Notes: generated from the letters alone by a model not told the origin. A stretch of 64,000 bases of DNA from Candidatus Levyibacteriota bacterium (GCA_043823085.1 JBDRBE010000004.1:342780-406779), one strand, 5' to 3'. Shown: positions 9,234 through 17,825, numbered from the stretch's first letter. Translations and numbers: made by a program.

Positions 9234-9980
9234 ATGATAAAAACCAAATCTGAGATTAAAAAAATTGAAAGGGCTTGCCAAGTTACCGATGAAACCTTTG
9301 ACCATATATTGAAAAAGATTAAGGTTGGAATTTCCGAAAGACAAGTTTCACTGGAAATTCAAAGATTCATCAAAAAATTTGGCGCCAAACTTTCTTTTCG
9401 GCCGATTATTGCTTTTGGAAAAAATTCCGCCAACCCTCATCATAAACCAAACAACACTATATTGAAAAATGGCGATTTTATAAAACTCGATTTTGGCGCA
9501 AAAGTCGACGATTACTGCTCCGACATGACCCGAACTGTTTTTATGGGAAAAGCAAGCCGCAGGCAAAAAAAAATTTATCAAACAGTCCTTGCTGCCCAAA
9601 AAAAAGCCATTAACTATCTTGAGTGGAGTCATTCTGAGCAGAGCGAAGAATCTCGAATGTCAGCGAGATCCCTCGGCCTTCGGCCTCAGGATAACATTCG
9701 GGGAAAAGATGTCGATAAGGCGGCAAGAGATTATGTTATTTCCAAAGGCTATCCCTCCTTCCCCCACGGCTTAGGTCATGGCATTGGAAAAAAAGTCCAT
9801 CAAAAACCAAAGCTTTCTCCAAAATCAAAACATTTTTTAAAACCCGGCATGGTGTTTTCCGTTGAGCCCGGAATATACCTAAGAAGCTTTGGTGGAGTTC
9901 GAATCGAAGACACGGTTGTTTTAGAAAAAACGGGCCTTCGCATCTTGACCAAAAGCACAAAAAGAATAATTGAACTTTAA
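9234..9980 (+). CDS. M24 family metallopeptidase (Xaa-Pro/methionine aminopeptidase-like) carrying an in-frame repeat insertion
   Basis: M24 C-terminal pita-bread motifs (DFGAKVDDYCSDMTRT, HGLGHGIG, VEPGIY, EDTVVL). A foreign 70-odd-nt segment, 9625-9697, is translated as HSEQSEESRMSARSLGLRPQDN. Confidence 0.7.
   Translation: MIKTKSEIKKIERACQVTDETFDHILKKIKVGISERQVSLEIQRFIKKFGAKLSFRPIIAFGKNSANPHHKPNNTILKNGDFIKLDFGAKVDDYCSDMTRTVFMGKASRRQKKIYQTVLAAQKKAINYLEWSHSEQSEESRMSARSLGLRPQDNIRGKDVDKAARDYVISKGYPSFPHGLGHGIGKKVHQKPKLSPKSKHFLKPGMVFSVEPGIYLRSFGGVRIEDTVVLEKTGLRILTKSTKRIIEL
9625..9697. repeat. GTCATTCTGAG..CTCAGGATAAC hairpin-type small element inserted in-frame in the M24 peptidase gene
   Basis: Sequence gtcattctgagcagagcgaagaatctcgaatgtcagcgagatccctcggccttcggcctcaggataac. 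Imperfect terminal inverted repeats and an internal GGCCTTCGGCC hairpin. GC-rich relative to the gene. Related GTCATTCTGA/GTCATGCTGAA words occur at 51078 and 56864. Confidence 0.5.
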
Positions 9981-9987
9981 TTCCCCG

Positions 9988-10016
9988 TTGACATTTAGCG
10001 AATTGAACCCTATATT
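9988..10016 (+). promoter_or_regulatory. sigma70-type promoter TTGACA-N17-TATATT placed 6 nt before the ATG of the 10023 gene (leaderless-type)
   Basis: Sequence ttgacatttagcgaattgaaccctatatt, then aaaatt, then ATG. Confidence 0.5.
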
Positions 10017-10022
10017 AAAATT

Positions 10023-10481
10023 ATGAATGCTGATATTAGTATCGCTGAAAGAAAACCTCCATCTCCAGAAACCCCGAGGTTAAACATGACCTTTATTTCC
10101 CTTAAATACCCAGGCGGCAAGGGAGATGAACAAAAAGCGCTCAATGATTTTGAAAACTTTCTCAACCCCAAAAGAAGCGGTTGTTATGACAAAGCGCAAG
10201 GACGTATAGATCTATATCGTGAACGCGGATTTAGCATTACTGATTATGGTAAACTTCAGGGCGAATGGGAGAAAGGTGTTCCAGACGATCTTAAAAGAAC
10301 TCTGGGTAAAATCGATCCTGAAACTGTTGAATGGATAAAAAACACAAGAGGAGATTACATTGTTCGACAACACAAAATTTTAGAAAACGAAATTACCACA
10401 ACCGAATCGTTTATTAGCGAAGACAAAATTAAAATCGTAAATGCCCAGAGTCCAGGTATTCAACCCCCTACAACCCGCTAA
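10023..10481 (+). CDS. hypothetical protein
   Basis: 152-aa ORF with a strong upstream promoter. No recognisable domain. Confidence 0.4.
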   Translation: MNADISIAERKPPSPETPRLNMTFISLKYPGGKGDEQKALNDFENFLNPKRSGCYDKAQGRIDLYRERGFSITDYGKLQGEWEKGVPDDLKRTLGKIDPETVEWIKNTRGDYIVRQHKILENEITTTESFISEDKIKIVNAQSPGIQPPTTR

Positions 10482-10511
10482 ACTGTAAAATCCCCGCAAA
10501 ATGTACTATAA

Positions 10512-11135
10512 TTGCCGTATAAATATATGACAGTAATTGAAGCCTTAGGAACAAGAAGGGCAGCTGAACCAAAAGGATCAAAACTAAGAAACAGTGCAGA
10601 ACTAGAAACTGATAAATTAATTAACAACACTATCAGCACTGTATTATTATGTCTGCCTCATCGAAGAAGATTGCAAACAATTGCAAGAGATGGACGAGTT
10701 ATACCTGTTAGGGTTGGCGATGTAGAATGGAAATTTAAAGTTGAGGCTGGTGATAAACCTCTTGTTTTAATGACAACCACTAACCCTAAAACAAATGAGA
10801 TTTGTACATATGGAATAGCCACAGACCCAGAAATTAAAAAAATAACAGGGGTTTTTAGAGAGGTCGGTGAACAAAAGTTGGCTCTTGGAATTTCTCCCAT
10901 TGATTTGAAAAGTGCTATGAAAGAATTGAGAAGAAATGAACGCGGAAGGGCATTGCGTTCATTTTGGCGTACTCATTCTATTGAAACAACCTCCCAACAT
11001 CTTGGTATTCCCGTATCAAGGGTTAAGGCTCATATCGAAGCTTATAAAAAATATCTAGCTCGTCCAAAAATACCAAAACACATTATTACCACTACATCTG
11101 CTCATTCTCCTAAAAAATCCCCCACCCGGGTATAG
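10512..11135 (+). CDS. hypothetical protein with a C-terminal sigma-70 region-4-like HTH
   Basis: The segment LRSFWRTHSIETTSQHLGIPVSRVKAHIEAYKKYL resembles sigma region 4 / LuxR-type HTH. Confidence 0.35.
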   Translation: MPYKYMTVIEALGTRRAAEPKGSKLRNSAELETDKLINNTISTVLLCLPHRRRLQTIARDGRVIPVRVGDVEWKFKVEAGDKPLVLMTTTNPKTNEICTYGIATDPEIKKITGVFREVGEQKLALGISPIDLKSAMKELRRNERGRALRSFWRTHSIETTSQHLGIPVSRVKAHIEAYKKYLARPKIPKHIITTTSAHSPKKSPTRV

Positions 11136-11148
11136 CTCACCCGAAAAT

Positions 11149-11177
11149 TTGACAAGGAAAGTTTCTGTGGTATAAAC
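11149..11177 (+). promoter_or_regulatory. promoter TTGACA-N16-TGgTATAAA upstream of the RAYT gene. A near-identical copy sits at 11904-11931.
   Basis: ttgacaaggaaagtttctgtggtataaa compared with ttgacaaggaaaacttttgtggtatgat. Confidence 0.45.
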
Positions 11178-11184
11178 AACTATC

Positions 11185-11203
11185 ACACCCCCGAGGTGTA
11201 ACA
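11185..11203. repeat. REP-like hairpin (ACACCCCCGAGGTGTAACA), upstream flank of the RAYT gene
   Basis: Inverted repeat stem with a CCCGAGG loop. Same family as 11881-11902 and 33841-33877. Confidence 0.55.
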
Positions 11204-11212
11204 AGTACCATA

Positions 11213-11878
11213 ATGTGCTATTATTTAATTATGCCTTATCGAACAACTCCACTTGTTAATAACGGTCTTTATCATATATATAACCGTGGCGTGGAAAAAA
11301 GACAAATCTTTATGAAAGACCGAGATTATCAAAGATTTCTCCAAACTCTCTACTATTATCAGTTTAGCGGTCCTAAAGCTCGTTTTTCTACGCATAAGAA
11401 ATTCAAAAATAAAAATTTTGATAAAAATCCTAAAATCGTGGAAATTATCTGTTACTGTTTAATGCCAAACCATTTTCATTTATTACTGAAACAATTAAAG
11501 GATAATGGCATTCAGGAATTTTTGAGTAAAGTAGCAAATAGTTATGCAAAATATTTCAATACTAAGTACAAACGAGTTGGTCCACTTTTACAAGGTCAAT
11601 TCAAAGCGGTAACTGTAGAAACCGATGAACAATTAGTCCATTTATCAAGATACATACACCTAAATCCATTCACAGCTGAAATTACAAAAGATTGGGAGAA
11701 CTTTCCCTACTCTTCCATTCAAGAGTTTATTGAGGATACAACTTCCAAAATTTGCGCCATTGAACAAATTTTAAATTTATTTACAAATCAAGCAGGATAT
11801 AGATCGTTTATTTCCGATAACCAATCATACGCTTTGGAACTTAGTAAAATCCAACATCTTTTAATAGACGAAGAATAA
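11213..11878 (+). mobile_element. REP-associated tyrosine transposase (RAYT; IS200/IS605 TnpA-like Y1 HUH transposase)
   Basis: HUH motif in CYCLMPNHFHLLL. Conserved YHIYNRG, SYAKYFN, RVGPLLQGQFKA and the catalytic Tyr region RYIHLNP. Flanked on both sides by REP hairpins. Confidence 0.75.
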
Positions 11879-11880
11879 TT

Positions 11881-11902
11881 GTTACACTCCCGAGGTGTAA
11901 CA
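11881..11902. repeat. REP-like hairpin GTTACAC-TCCCGAG-GTGTAAC, downstream flank of the RAYT gene
   Basis: Perfect 7-bp stem. Followed by a duplicated TTGACA..TATGAT promoter. Confidence 0.6.
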
Positions 11903-11926
11903 GTTGACAAGGAAAACTTTTGTGGT

Positions 11927-12400
11927 ATGATACCTAGCATGCCATTTGCTCCTGTAGAAATAGCAACCATAAACCTTGCTAACGAGCTCCGTGAAGGAGA
12001 TAAATTGCGTGATGCAAAAAAAATAAGAGATGAACATGATAGCGCATGGAAGACTCTTGGCGGAAAATTTGGAATCGCTGTTACCGACGAACAAATGGTT
12101 AATGTATTAAAAGCAACGCTCAACATGTTGCGATTTGGTTTAGAACGAGGACTTGGTAGCCCTCCTTCCGAAAAAACTATCGAAGAATTAGAAAAGGCGC
12201 AGGATCTTAGTACCACAAAAGGAAGACAAGCTGCAAATGCGTTTTTTGAACGATTAGCAGGAATTTATGCATATAAAAAATATCCTCCTCTTGACCCAAT
12301 TGAGAACGAAAGAAAATGCATAGCATGTGAAATCGCAGCAATTTCTTTACGCAAACCTAGAGAATTTGACAAACCGCCTGTTTTAAAGTATACTCCTTAA
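11927..12400 (+). CDS. hypothetical protein
   Basis: The ORF track begins inside the REP/promoter. The likely start is MIPSMPF at 11927, after the duplicated promoter. Confidence 0.4.
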   Translation: MIPSMPFAPVEIATINLANELREGDKLRDAKKIRDEHDSAWKTLGGKFGIAVTDEQMVNVLKATLNMLRFGLERGLGSPPSEKTIEELEKAQDLSTTKGRQAANAFFERLAGIYAYKKYPPLDPIENERKCIACEIAAISLRKPREFDKPPVLKYTP

Positions 12401-12590
12401 TACAATTAAATATAAATGCGCTTGACCGAAGTCACGATTCGGGAGCAGAAGGCCAAAATGCCTTACGGAAAAGTTTCAGCCGTATAAAAAGAAACATTCG
12501 GTGTCGCCAAGTTACAACACTGAGCTTGTCGAAGTGCGGAGCCGGACCAAGAGCCTTAGAGAAAAAAGCTTTAAGGAAATAAGGATGGGA

Positions 12591-12610
12591 CCGCGGGAAG
12601 CGGTTTTTTG
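12591..12610 (+). terminator. intrinsic terminator candidate (CCGCGGGAAGCGG plus T6)
   Basis: GC stem, GGAA loop and a U-tract. Confidence 0.45.
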
Positions 12611-12623
12611 TTGAAAAAAACTA

Positions 12624-12683
12624 CCTCTCGTTCCTTGTTCACTATTTTTGTAGTGGATAACGAACGGGAGGTTTTTTGTTGTT
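12624..12683 (+). terminator. strong intrinsic terminator: long hairpin CCTCTCGTTCC..GGAACGAACGGGAGG plus TTTTTTGTTGTTT
   Basis: About 12-bp near-perfect stem followed by a T-rich tract. Tandem with the previous terminator. Confidence 0.55.
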
Positions 12684-12798
12684 TATTTAACGAACTTTTG
12701 TGAGTTTAGAAAACAACAAACCCTTCCGAAGCGAGCATTCGTTTGCGTGGACGTAGCCCACGAAACGAATTCAAGCGAAGGAGGGTAAATTGAAAAAT

Positions 12799-12919
12799 GG
12801 TGGCTGTAGCTTAAATGGTTAGACCTGCCCGCCATCGGCTTTTGCCGAAGGCATATGCGCAGGCGGGGCATTAGGTCGTGGGCTTAAAAGTTGCGGGTTC
12901 AAATCCCCTCAGCCACCCA
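12799..12919 (+). tRNA. tRNA-like gene with a roughly 45-nt insertion in the anticodon/variable region (candidate intron-containing or aberrant tRNA)
   Basis: Acceptor GTGGCTG/CAGCCAC with discriminator C. Canonical U8 A9. D-arm TAGCTTAAATGGTTAGAC like elongator tRNAs. T-arm GCGGG-TTCAAAT-CCCCT. Total about 120 nt. The helix TGCCC/GGGCA encloses a 35-nt segment containing the CGGCTTTTGCCG hairpin. No clean U33 anticodon loop could be assigned. Confidence 0.4.
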
Positions 12920-12940
12920 AGGGAAAGGAAATAAATAATT

Positions 12941-13195
12941 ATGGAAAGAGAATATAGTCAAAAATATTTACAAATCAACCGGGGTAAAAGCATCATTTTT
13001 GATGCGGAAGAATTACCATTTTTTAGAGTCGCGTCTGATCTTTCCGATCTTGGACGTAATTCTCGTGTGGAAAAAGACTTTCGAGATCGCTATTCGAATA
13101 TTGACTTTGCCTTAGGATGCACTGTCGACGGAGCTGTTCTTATTCAAGACATCCTTCCGGAATATTCTGGAAGGTGGCTTCATCGAAAGAACTAA
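12941..13195 (+). CDS. hypothetical protein
   Basis: 84-aa ORF with an AAGGAAA RBS. Confidence 0.35.
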   Translation: MEREYSQKYLQINRGKSIIFDAEELPFFRVASDLSDLGRNSRVEKDFRDRYSNIDFALGCTVDGAVLIQDILPEYSGRWLHRKN

Positions 13196-13235
13196 TCAAA
13201 GACTAAGAGAATTAAATGATATTTCAAAAATTACT

Positions 13236-13841
13236 TTGCAGGTTGTTGATGGAGCTGTTTTATCTAGAACTTTAATTGATCTTTGCATGAAAGACGAAGA
13301 GCTAAAATCAAAAAAACCTTTGCTTGTTTTTCCTGGAGAAGGAGCAAGAGTAGTTGGCAAATATCTTAAGAAAATGAAGCCTAAACTTACTGCGAATAAT
13401 GAAGTTTTTTTACCAACTCGAAGAACCATGGTTAAATCAGGAGTATTTAATCTTTCCGTTGACTACTCTAGTTTACCAAACACTTTAGATACCAATACTG
13501 TTTTAATTATTGACGACGTAGTCGCAACCGGACAAACAGCAGAAGAGGTTGCCTCAACATTAAAAATGCGTTTTCCGGGAATTCGATGCATTCTTGCCTC
13601 TTGGCTTTTTGTGTGGCCTTCGACAAACGAAAACAAAAAATCCCCCTCGGGCGTTAATGGAATTGATAAAATAATCACCAGTATTATTCTCAAGGGCAAT
13701 TACACTGCTCGCCCACCGATAAACAGCATTTCATGTTTTATGCGAAACGAACAACGATATCGAGATGTTAAAAAAAACTTTACAGATAAATATATTGGCG
13801 ATAAAAATGCGTTCCAAGAGATTATGGAAGAATTGAAATAA
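13236..13841 (+). CDS. phosphoribosyltransferase-domain protein (type I PRTase fold)
   Basis: PRPP-binding motif VLIIDDVVATGQTAEE. Start uncertain (TTG at 13236 or an internal ATG). Confidence 0.5.
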   Translation: MQVVDGAVLSRTLIDLCMKDEELKSKKPLLVFPGEGARVVGKYLKKMKPKLTANNEVFLPTRRTMVKSGVFNLSVDYSSLPNTLDTNTVLIIDDVVATGQTAEEVASTLKMRFPGIRCILASWLFVWPSTNENKKSPSGVNGIDKIITSIILKGNYTARPPINSISCFMRNEQRYRDVKKNFTDKYIGDKNAFQEIMEELK

Positions 13842-13845
13842 GCAT

Positions 13846-14757
13846 ATGAATAAAGATAAAGAAACAGAAAAACTTAAATTATCAGAAATCCTAGGAATAC
13901 CAAAAAAAGGAATTATTTTTTGTGATTTAGATGGGGTATTTTTTGATGAAGAAAATAACTTTGCTTCTCCCAATCCATCAGATTTAGCTATTTTAGATGA
14001 AGCAAAAAACGCCGGTTTTTGGATTGTTTTAAATTCTGATACTGGAGTCTCTGCTCTTGCATCTTTTGGTCAACAACTAGGATGTACTCCGTTAGTTATT
14101 GGAGAAAACGGAGCGGTAATTTATGCACCTAATCAAAGAATAAAAGAATTTTTATCATCAGATAAACAATTCTTTGATCAATACAGAAAAGAAGTTGTGG
14201 AAAATCTTATAGACCCAGAAAATACTATCATTCTTGGAGATGCAACATCATTGATAAAAAATCAGCAAAGACTAGAAATTCCAGGGTCTATGTTATATGT
14301 TGTAAATACAGCAAGAGATTGCAGTTTTGGCGTATATACAAGAAGATTCGATGAAAATGGAATTTTAGTAGTCGATGACAAGAGAACAAAACAAACTGAA
14401 GAATTATTAAAAAATCTTCTTTCAAAAAATGGCAGAGAAAAGGATTTATCTTGCAAAAGATATCCTGTGTTAGGAAGTTGTCTTGTCAAAAATCCAAGGA
14501 TTAAAAAAACATTAGGAGTTAAATATATCATTGGTCAGATGCCAAAAGGTTTATCATATTTTATGATAGGTGATACAATAAATGATGCTATTATGTATGG
14601 ACTTGAAGACAAAGTTCGGACATGCGCTGTTGGTAATGCAACCGAAGAATTAAAAGATATGGTTTCTCAAAACGGTGGGATTATTGCACCAAATCAATTT
14701 GGTTTAGCAAAAGGCGTAACTTTTATAATAGCTAACATTTTGGGAGGAGGAAAATAA
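13846..14757 (+). CDS. HAD superfamily hydrolase (Cof-type phosphatase-like)
   Basis: HAD motif I FCDLDGVFF and motif IV GDTINDAIM. Confidence 0.6.
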   Translation: MNKDKETEKLKLSEILGIPKKGIIFCDLDGVFFDEENNFASPNPSDLAILDEAKNAGFWIVLNSDTGVSALASFGQQLGCTPLVIGENGAVIYAPNQRIKEFLSSDKQFFDQYRKEVVENLIDPENTIILGDATSLIKNQQRLEIPGSMLYVVNTARDCSFGVYTRRFDENGILVVDDKRTKQTEELLKNLLSKNGREKDLSCKRYPVLGSCLVKNPRIKKTLGVKYIIGQMPKGLSYFMIGDTINDAIMYGLEDKVRTCAVGNATEELKDMVSQNGGIIAPNQFGLAKGVTFIIANILGGGK

Positions 14758-15548
14758 TGAGACAACCGCACCTTCTTTGTGATAAAAAAGATATTTCTGA
14801 AATTGTCTTACTTACTGGAGATCCAGGAAGATCTGAATATATTGCAAAAAAATATCTTGAAAAACCAAAACTGATTGCACAAAACAGAGAGTTCACAACT
14901 TATACTGGTTTTTATAAGGGTGTAAAAATAACAACAACGTCAACTGGTATTGGAAGTCCTTCTACGGCAATCGCCGTTGAGGAATTAATAAATATTGGAG
15001 CAAAAATTTTAATAAGAGTTGGAACATGCGGCGGTGCTCTAAAAAAAGAAATAAAAGCTGGTTCAATAATCATTCCAACTGCAGCGATTAGGGAAGAAGG
15101 AACAACAAAAGAGTATTTACCGCCGGAATTTCCAGCAGTTGCTGATTATAAAGTTGTGGAAACACTTATTGAAAGTGCAAAAAAATTAGACTATAGATTC
15201 TTTATTGGAATAAATAGAACACATGATGCATTTTATGGACAATCGCAAAATATTAAAAGATGGGGATCTATTTATTTAAATCCTAGAATGAAAAATTGGG
15301 AATATCCATTAATCAGTTCCGAAATGGAATGTGCTCCTCTCTTTTTGATTGGAACATTACGAGGAGTTAGAACTGGGGCTGTTTTGTCAGTAAATGCAGA
15401 CCCAGAGCCATTAAAAGAAATAATCTTGGGAAGATTTAAATTTGATATTCCGCAAACTAAAATTCAAACTGACGAGGCAGAAAAAAGTATAGACAGAGCG
15501 ATATTGGTTGCAGTTGAAGCTTCATTATTATTAAAGAAAATGCTATGA
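14757..15548 (+). CDS. nucleoside phosphorylase (PNP/UDP family 1, DeoD/MTAP-like)
   Basis: Motifs GDPGR, TSTGIGSPSTAIAVEEL, RVGTCGG and a conserved C-terminal EMECA motif. Start overlaps the upstream stop (ATGA). Confidence 0.7.
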   Translation: MRQPHLLCDKKDISEIVLLTGDPGRSEYIAKKYLEKPKLIAQNREFTTYTGFYKGVKITTTSTGIGSPSTAIAVEELINIGAKILIRVGTCGGALKKEIKAGSIIIPTAAIREEGTTKEYLPPEFPAVADYKVVETLIESAKKLDYRFFIGINRTHDAFYGQSQNIKRWGSIYLNPRMKNWEYPLISSEMECAPLFLIGTLRGVRTGAVLSVNADPEPLKEIILGRFKFDIPQTKIQTDEAEKSIDRAILVAVEASLLLKKML

Positions 15549-16786
15549 TGAAAAATATGATTGAACCAAAAATTTTAAAGGGCTTTCGGGATTTTTTGCC
15601 GAAAGTTGCCAAAAAGAGACAATTTGTTATTAACGCCTTAAAAGAGGTGTTCCAGTTGTATGGCTTTGAGCCGCTTGAAACACCGGCGCTTGAATACGAA
15701 GAAGTTTTGCTTGGAAAATACGGCGAGGAGGGCGACAAACTAATGTATCGCTTTACTGATAATGGGAAAAGAAAAGTTGCTCTTCGCTACGACCAAACCG
15801 TTCCCCTTGCCCGCGTTGTTGCACAATATCAAAGTGAACTTCCGATACCTTTCAAAAGATATCAAATTCAGCCGGTTTGGCGCGCAGAGAACACACAAAA
15901 AGGAAGATTTCGAGAATTTTTGCAGTGCGACATCGACACTGTCGGTTCCTCCTCTTCCCTCTCGGATGCAGAAATAATTTCCTGCACATTAGATTCTTTA
16001 AAAAAACTAGGATTTAAAAAATCACAAATTTGGGTAAACGATAGAACAATTTTTGATACTCTTGGACTGAAAAAAGAGGAAGTTATCATTTTAGATAAAT
16101 TAGATAAAATTGGGAAAGAAGAAGTTATTGCCCAGTGGGAAAAAAATGGAAGAAAAAATGCCAAAGAATTATTCGATAGTCTAAAAAATAGTGAACCGAC
16201 ACAAAAACTTAATGAGATATTTTTGATACTCCAAAAGCAAGGATATAAAAGTGGCGAAGATTTTGTTTTTGTACCTTATTTAGCAAGAGGATTAGATTAT
16301 TATACAAGCATAATTTTTGAATCAAAAATTCTCGATCAAACAAGTATATCTTTGCTATCGCTGGCTGGAGGTGGAAGATATGATAATCTTATTGGAATGT
16401 TCTCTGGTAAAAAGGTGCCGGCTGTAGGTGTTTCTTTTGGTTTTGACAGAATAATTGAGGCAATGGATGAATTAAAACTTTTCCCCGATGATTTGTTAAC
16501 TACTAACATTTTAATAACAGTTTTTTCACCGGATTTATTGGAACAATCTATTAAAATAGTTTCAGAATTACGCTCAGAAAATATCAATACCGAACTCTGG
16601 TTAGATCCGGAAATCAAACTTGATAAACAATTAAAATACGCGGATCAAAAAGAAATCCCTTTTGCAATTATTATCGGCCCGGATGAAGCGGCAAAAAACG
16701 TTATCACTCTCCGCAACATGAAAACCAGGGATCAAAAGGAAATTTCCCAAGAAGAGCTCATAAATGTTTTAGCGAGAAGTCTTTAG
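15545..16786 (+). CDS. hisS: histidyl-tRNA synthetase
   Basis: Class II motifs (FRDFLP, RYDQTVPLAR, REFLQCDID, GGGRYD) and an anticodon-binding C-terminal domain. Confidence 0.9.
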   Translation: MMKNMIEPKILKGFRDFLPKVAKKRQFVINALKEVFQLYGFEPLETPALEYEEVLLGKYGEEGDKLMYRFTDNGKRKVALRYDQTVPLARVVAQYQSELPIPFKRYQIQPVWRAENTQKGRFREFLQCDIDTVGSSSSLSDAEIISCTLDSLKKLGFKKSQIWVNDRTIFDTLGLKKEEVIILDKLDKIGKEEVIAQWEKNGRKNAKELFDSLKNSEPTQKLNEIFLILQKQGYKSGEDFVFVPYLARGLDYYTSIIFESKILDQTSISLLSLAGGGRYDNLIGMFSGKKVPAVGVSFGFDRIIEAMDELKLFPDDLLTTNILITVFSPDLLEQSIKIVSELRSENINTELWLDPEIKLDKQLKYADQKEIPFAIIIGPDEAAKNVITLRNMKTRDQKEISQEELINVLARSL

Positions 16787-17461
16787 TTCCTCAAGAACCA
16801 TTACTACATTTTTCACCATTATTTTGGCTGGAAGAACAAACACGCCAATCCCATTCTCGATAGCCGATATCCTTTTTCTTTGTCTGTCAAAAATTTTCGG
16901 ATCAACTTGTCCATAAACATATTCAACCTCGCTCATTTTAATTTCTGGTTCTCCACCGTAAATCTTACTCATTTTCAAACATAAACACACTGCGTAAACT
17001 ATTTCCAGAAAACGTTTATCTGGCCATCTTTTCCGTATAGGCTTAGCACCGTTTTCTTCAAGCACTAAATCTACCTCTGGTTCGTTTGAATTTCTAATAA
17101 TTAGTCTTGCCTTAGCACCAAGAGCGATCTCTCTTTTTTTTATTTCTGTTAACGGTCTACCACAACGTGACTCCCTCATTTTTATAACCGTTTCTGCAGG
17201 AAGAATTATCCCAGTCCTGGTTCCAGACGAACCCATACTGCTTCTACTTAGATGCCTTCTTTTTTCTTCTGACGAAAGAGTTACTCCAGTCTTTTTCCTC
17301 CAACGATATAGTACTTTTGTCACTGCTTGACGACTGGCGTCTATTTCTTTAGCAATTTCTTTTACGGTTTTATCCGTATAAAAAAAGGGCTCAACAAGCT
17401 TTGTTAATTCATTCCGTCGCCATTTATGAAAACCCGAACCCAGTTCTTTGCTTGATACCAT
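16769..17461 (-). CDS. hypothetical protein with an N-terminal HTH, possibly transposase/recombination related
   Basis: N-terminal segment [25 protein letters not shown] resembles transposase-type HTH. The rest is unassigned. Converges on and overlaps the hisS 3' end by 18 bp. Confidence 0.3.
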   Translation of the reverse strand: MVSSKELGSGFHKWRRNELTKLVEPFFYTDKTVKEIAKEIDASRQAVTKVLYRWRKKTGVTLSSEEKRRHLSRSSMGSSGTRTGIILPAETVIKMRESRCGRPLTEIKKREIALGAKARLIIRNSNEPEVDLVLEENGAKPIRKRWPDKRFLEIVYAVCLCLKMSKIYGGEPEIKMSEVEYVYGQVDPKIFDRQRKRISAIENGIGVFVLPAKIMVKNVVMVLEELKTSR

Positions 17462-17481
17462 AAAAATTTTATTAAAGAGCC

Positions 17482-17510
17482 TTGTAACTGGCTCAAAAAT
17501 AGGCTATAAT
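17482..17510 (+). promoter_or_regulatory. promoter TTGTAA-N17-TATAAT placed 6 nt before the rpmE ATG (leaderless-type)
   Basis: Seen directly in the sequence. Confidence 0.5.
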
Positions 17511-17516
17511 TATAGC

Positions 17517-17816
17517 ATGAAAGCGGATATTCATCCAAAATACTTTGAAAATGCGCAAGTTGTTTGCGCCTGCGGAAATAAATTTACTATTGGTTCAACC
17601 CAAGAAGTAATTCACGTGGAGCTTTGCAATAAATGCCATCCTTTTTACACCGGCGAGCAAAGATTTGTAGATGCGGCGTCCCGAATTCAAAGATTCAAGC
17701 AAAAAGAAGAAGTTTCGCAAAAATACAAAGTTATAAAGGCTAAAAAGAAAGAAGTCGAAAAGCAAAAACAGCAAGAACCCAAGACTCTCCGAGAAATGCT
17801 TTTGGCAATGAAGTAG
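17517..17816 (+). CDS. rpmE: ribosomal protein L31 with a Lys-rich C-terminal extension
   Basis: MKADIHPKY..CxC..CHPFYTG zinc-ribbon L31 signature. Confidence 0.85.
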   Translation: MKADIHPKYFENAQVVCACGNKFTIGSTQEVIHVELCNKCHPFYTGEQRFVDAASRIQRFKQKEEVSQKYKVIKAKKKEVEKQKQQEPKTLREMLLAMK

Positions 17817-17825
17817 CCCCACAAA

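Noticed and set aside
12799-12919. Could the tRNA-like gene be a miniature or two-piece tmRNA?
   Set aside because: The acceptor and T-arm resemble the tmRNA tRNA-like domain. But at 120 nt it is too short, it has a proper D-arm, and it has no tag reading frame ending in an Ala-Ala stop.
15540-15550. Alternative genetic code (UGA as Gly or Trp, as in some CPR or mycoplasma-like genomes).
   Set aside because: TGA at 15546-15548 terminates the nucleoside phosphorylase exactly where hisS starts. Conserved proteins end at TAA, TAG or TGA at the expected lengths. No in-frame TGA is needed inside conserved genes.
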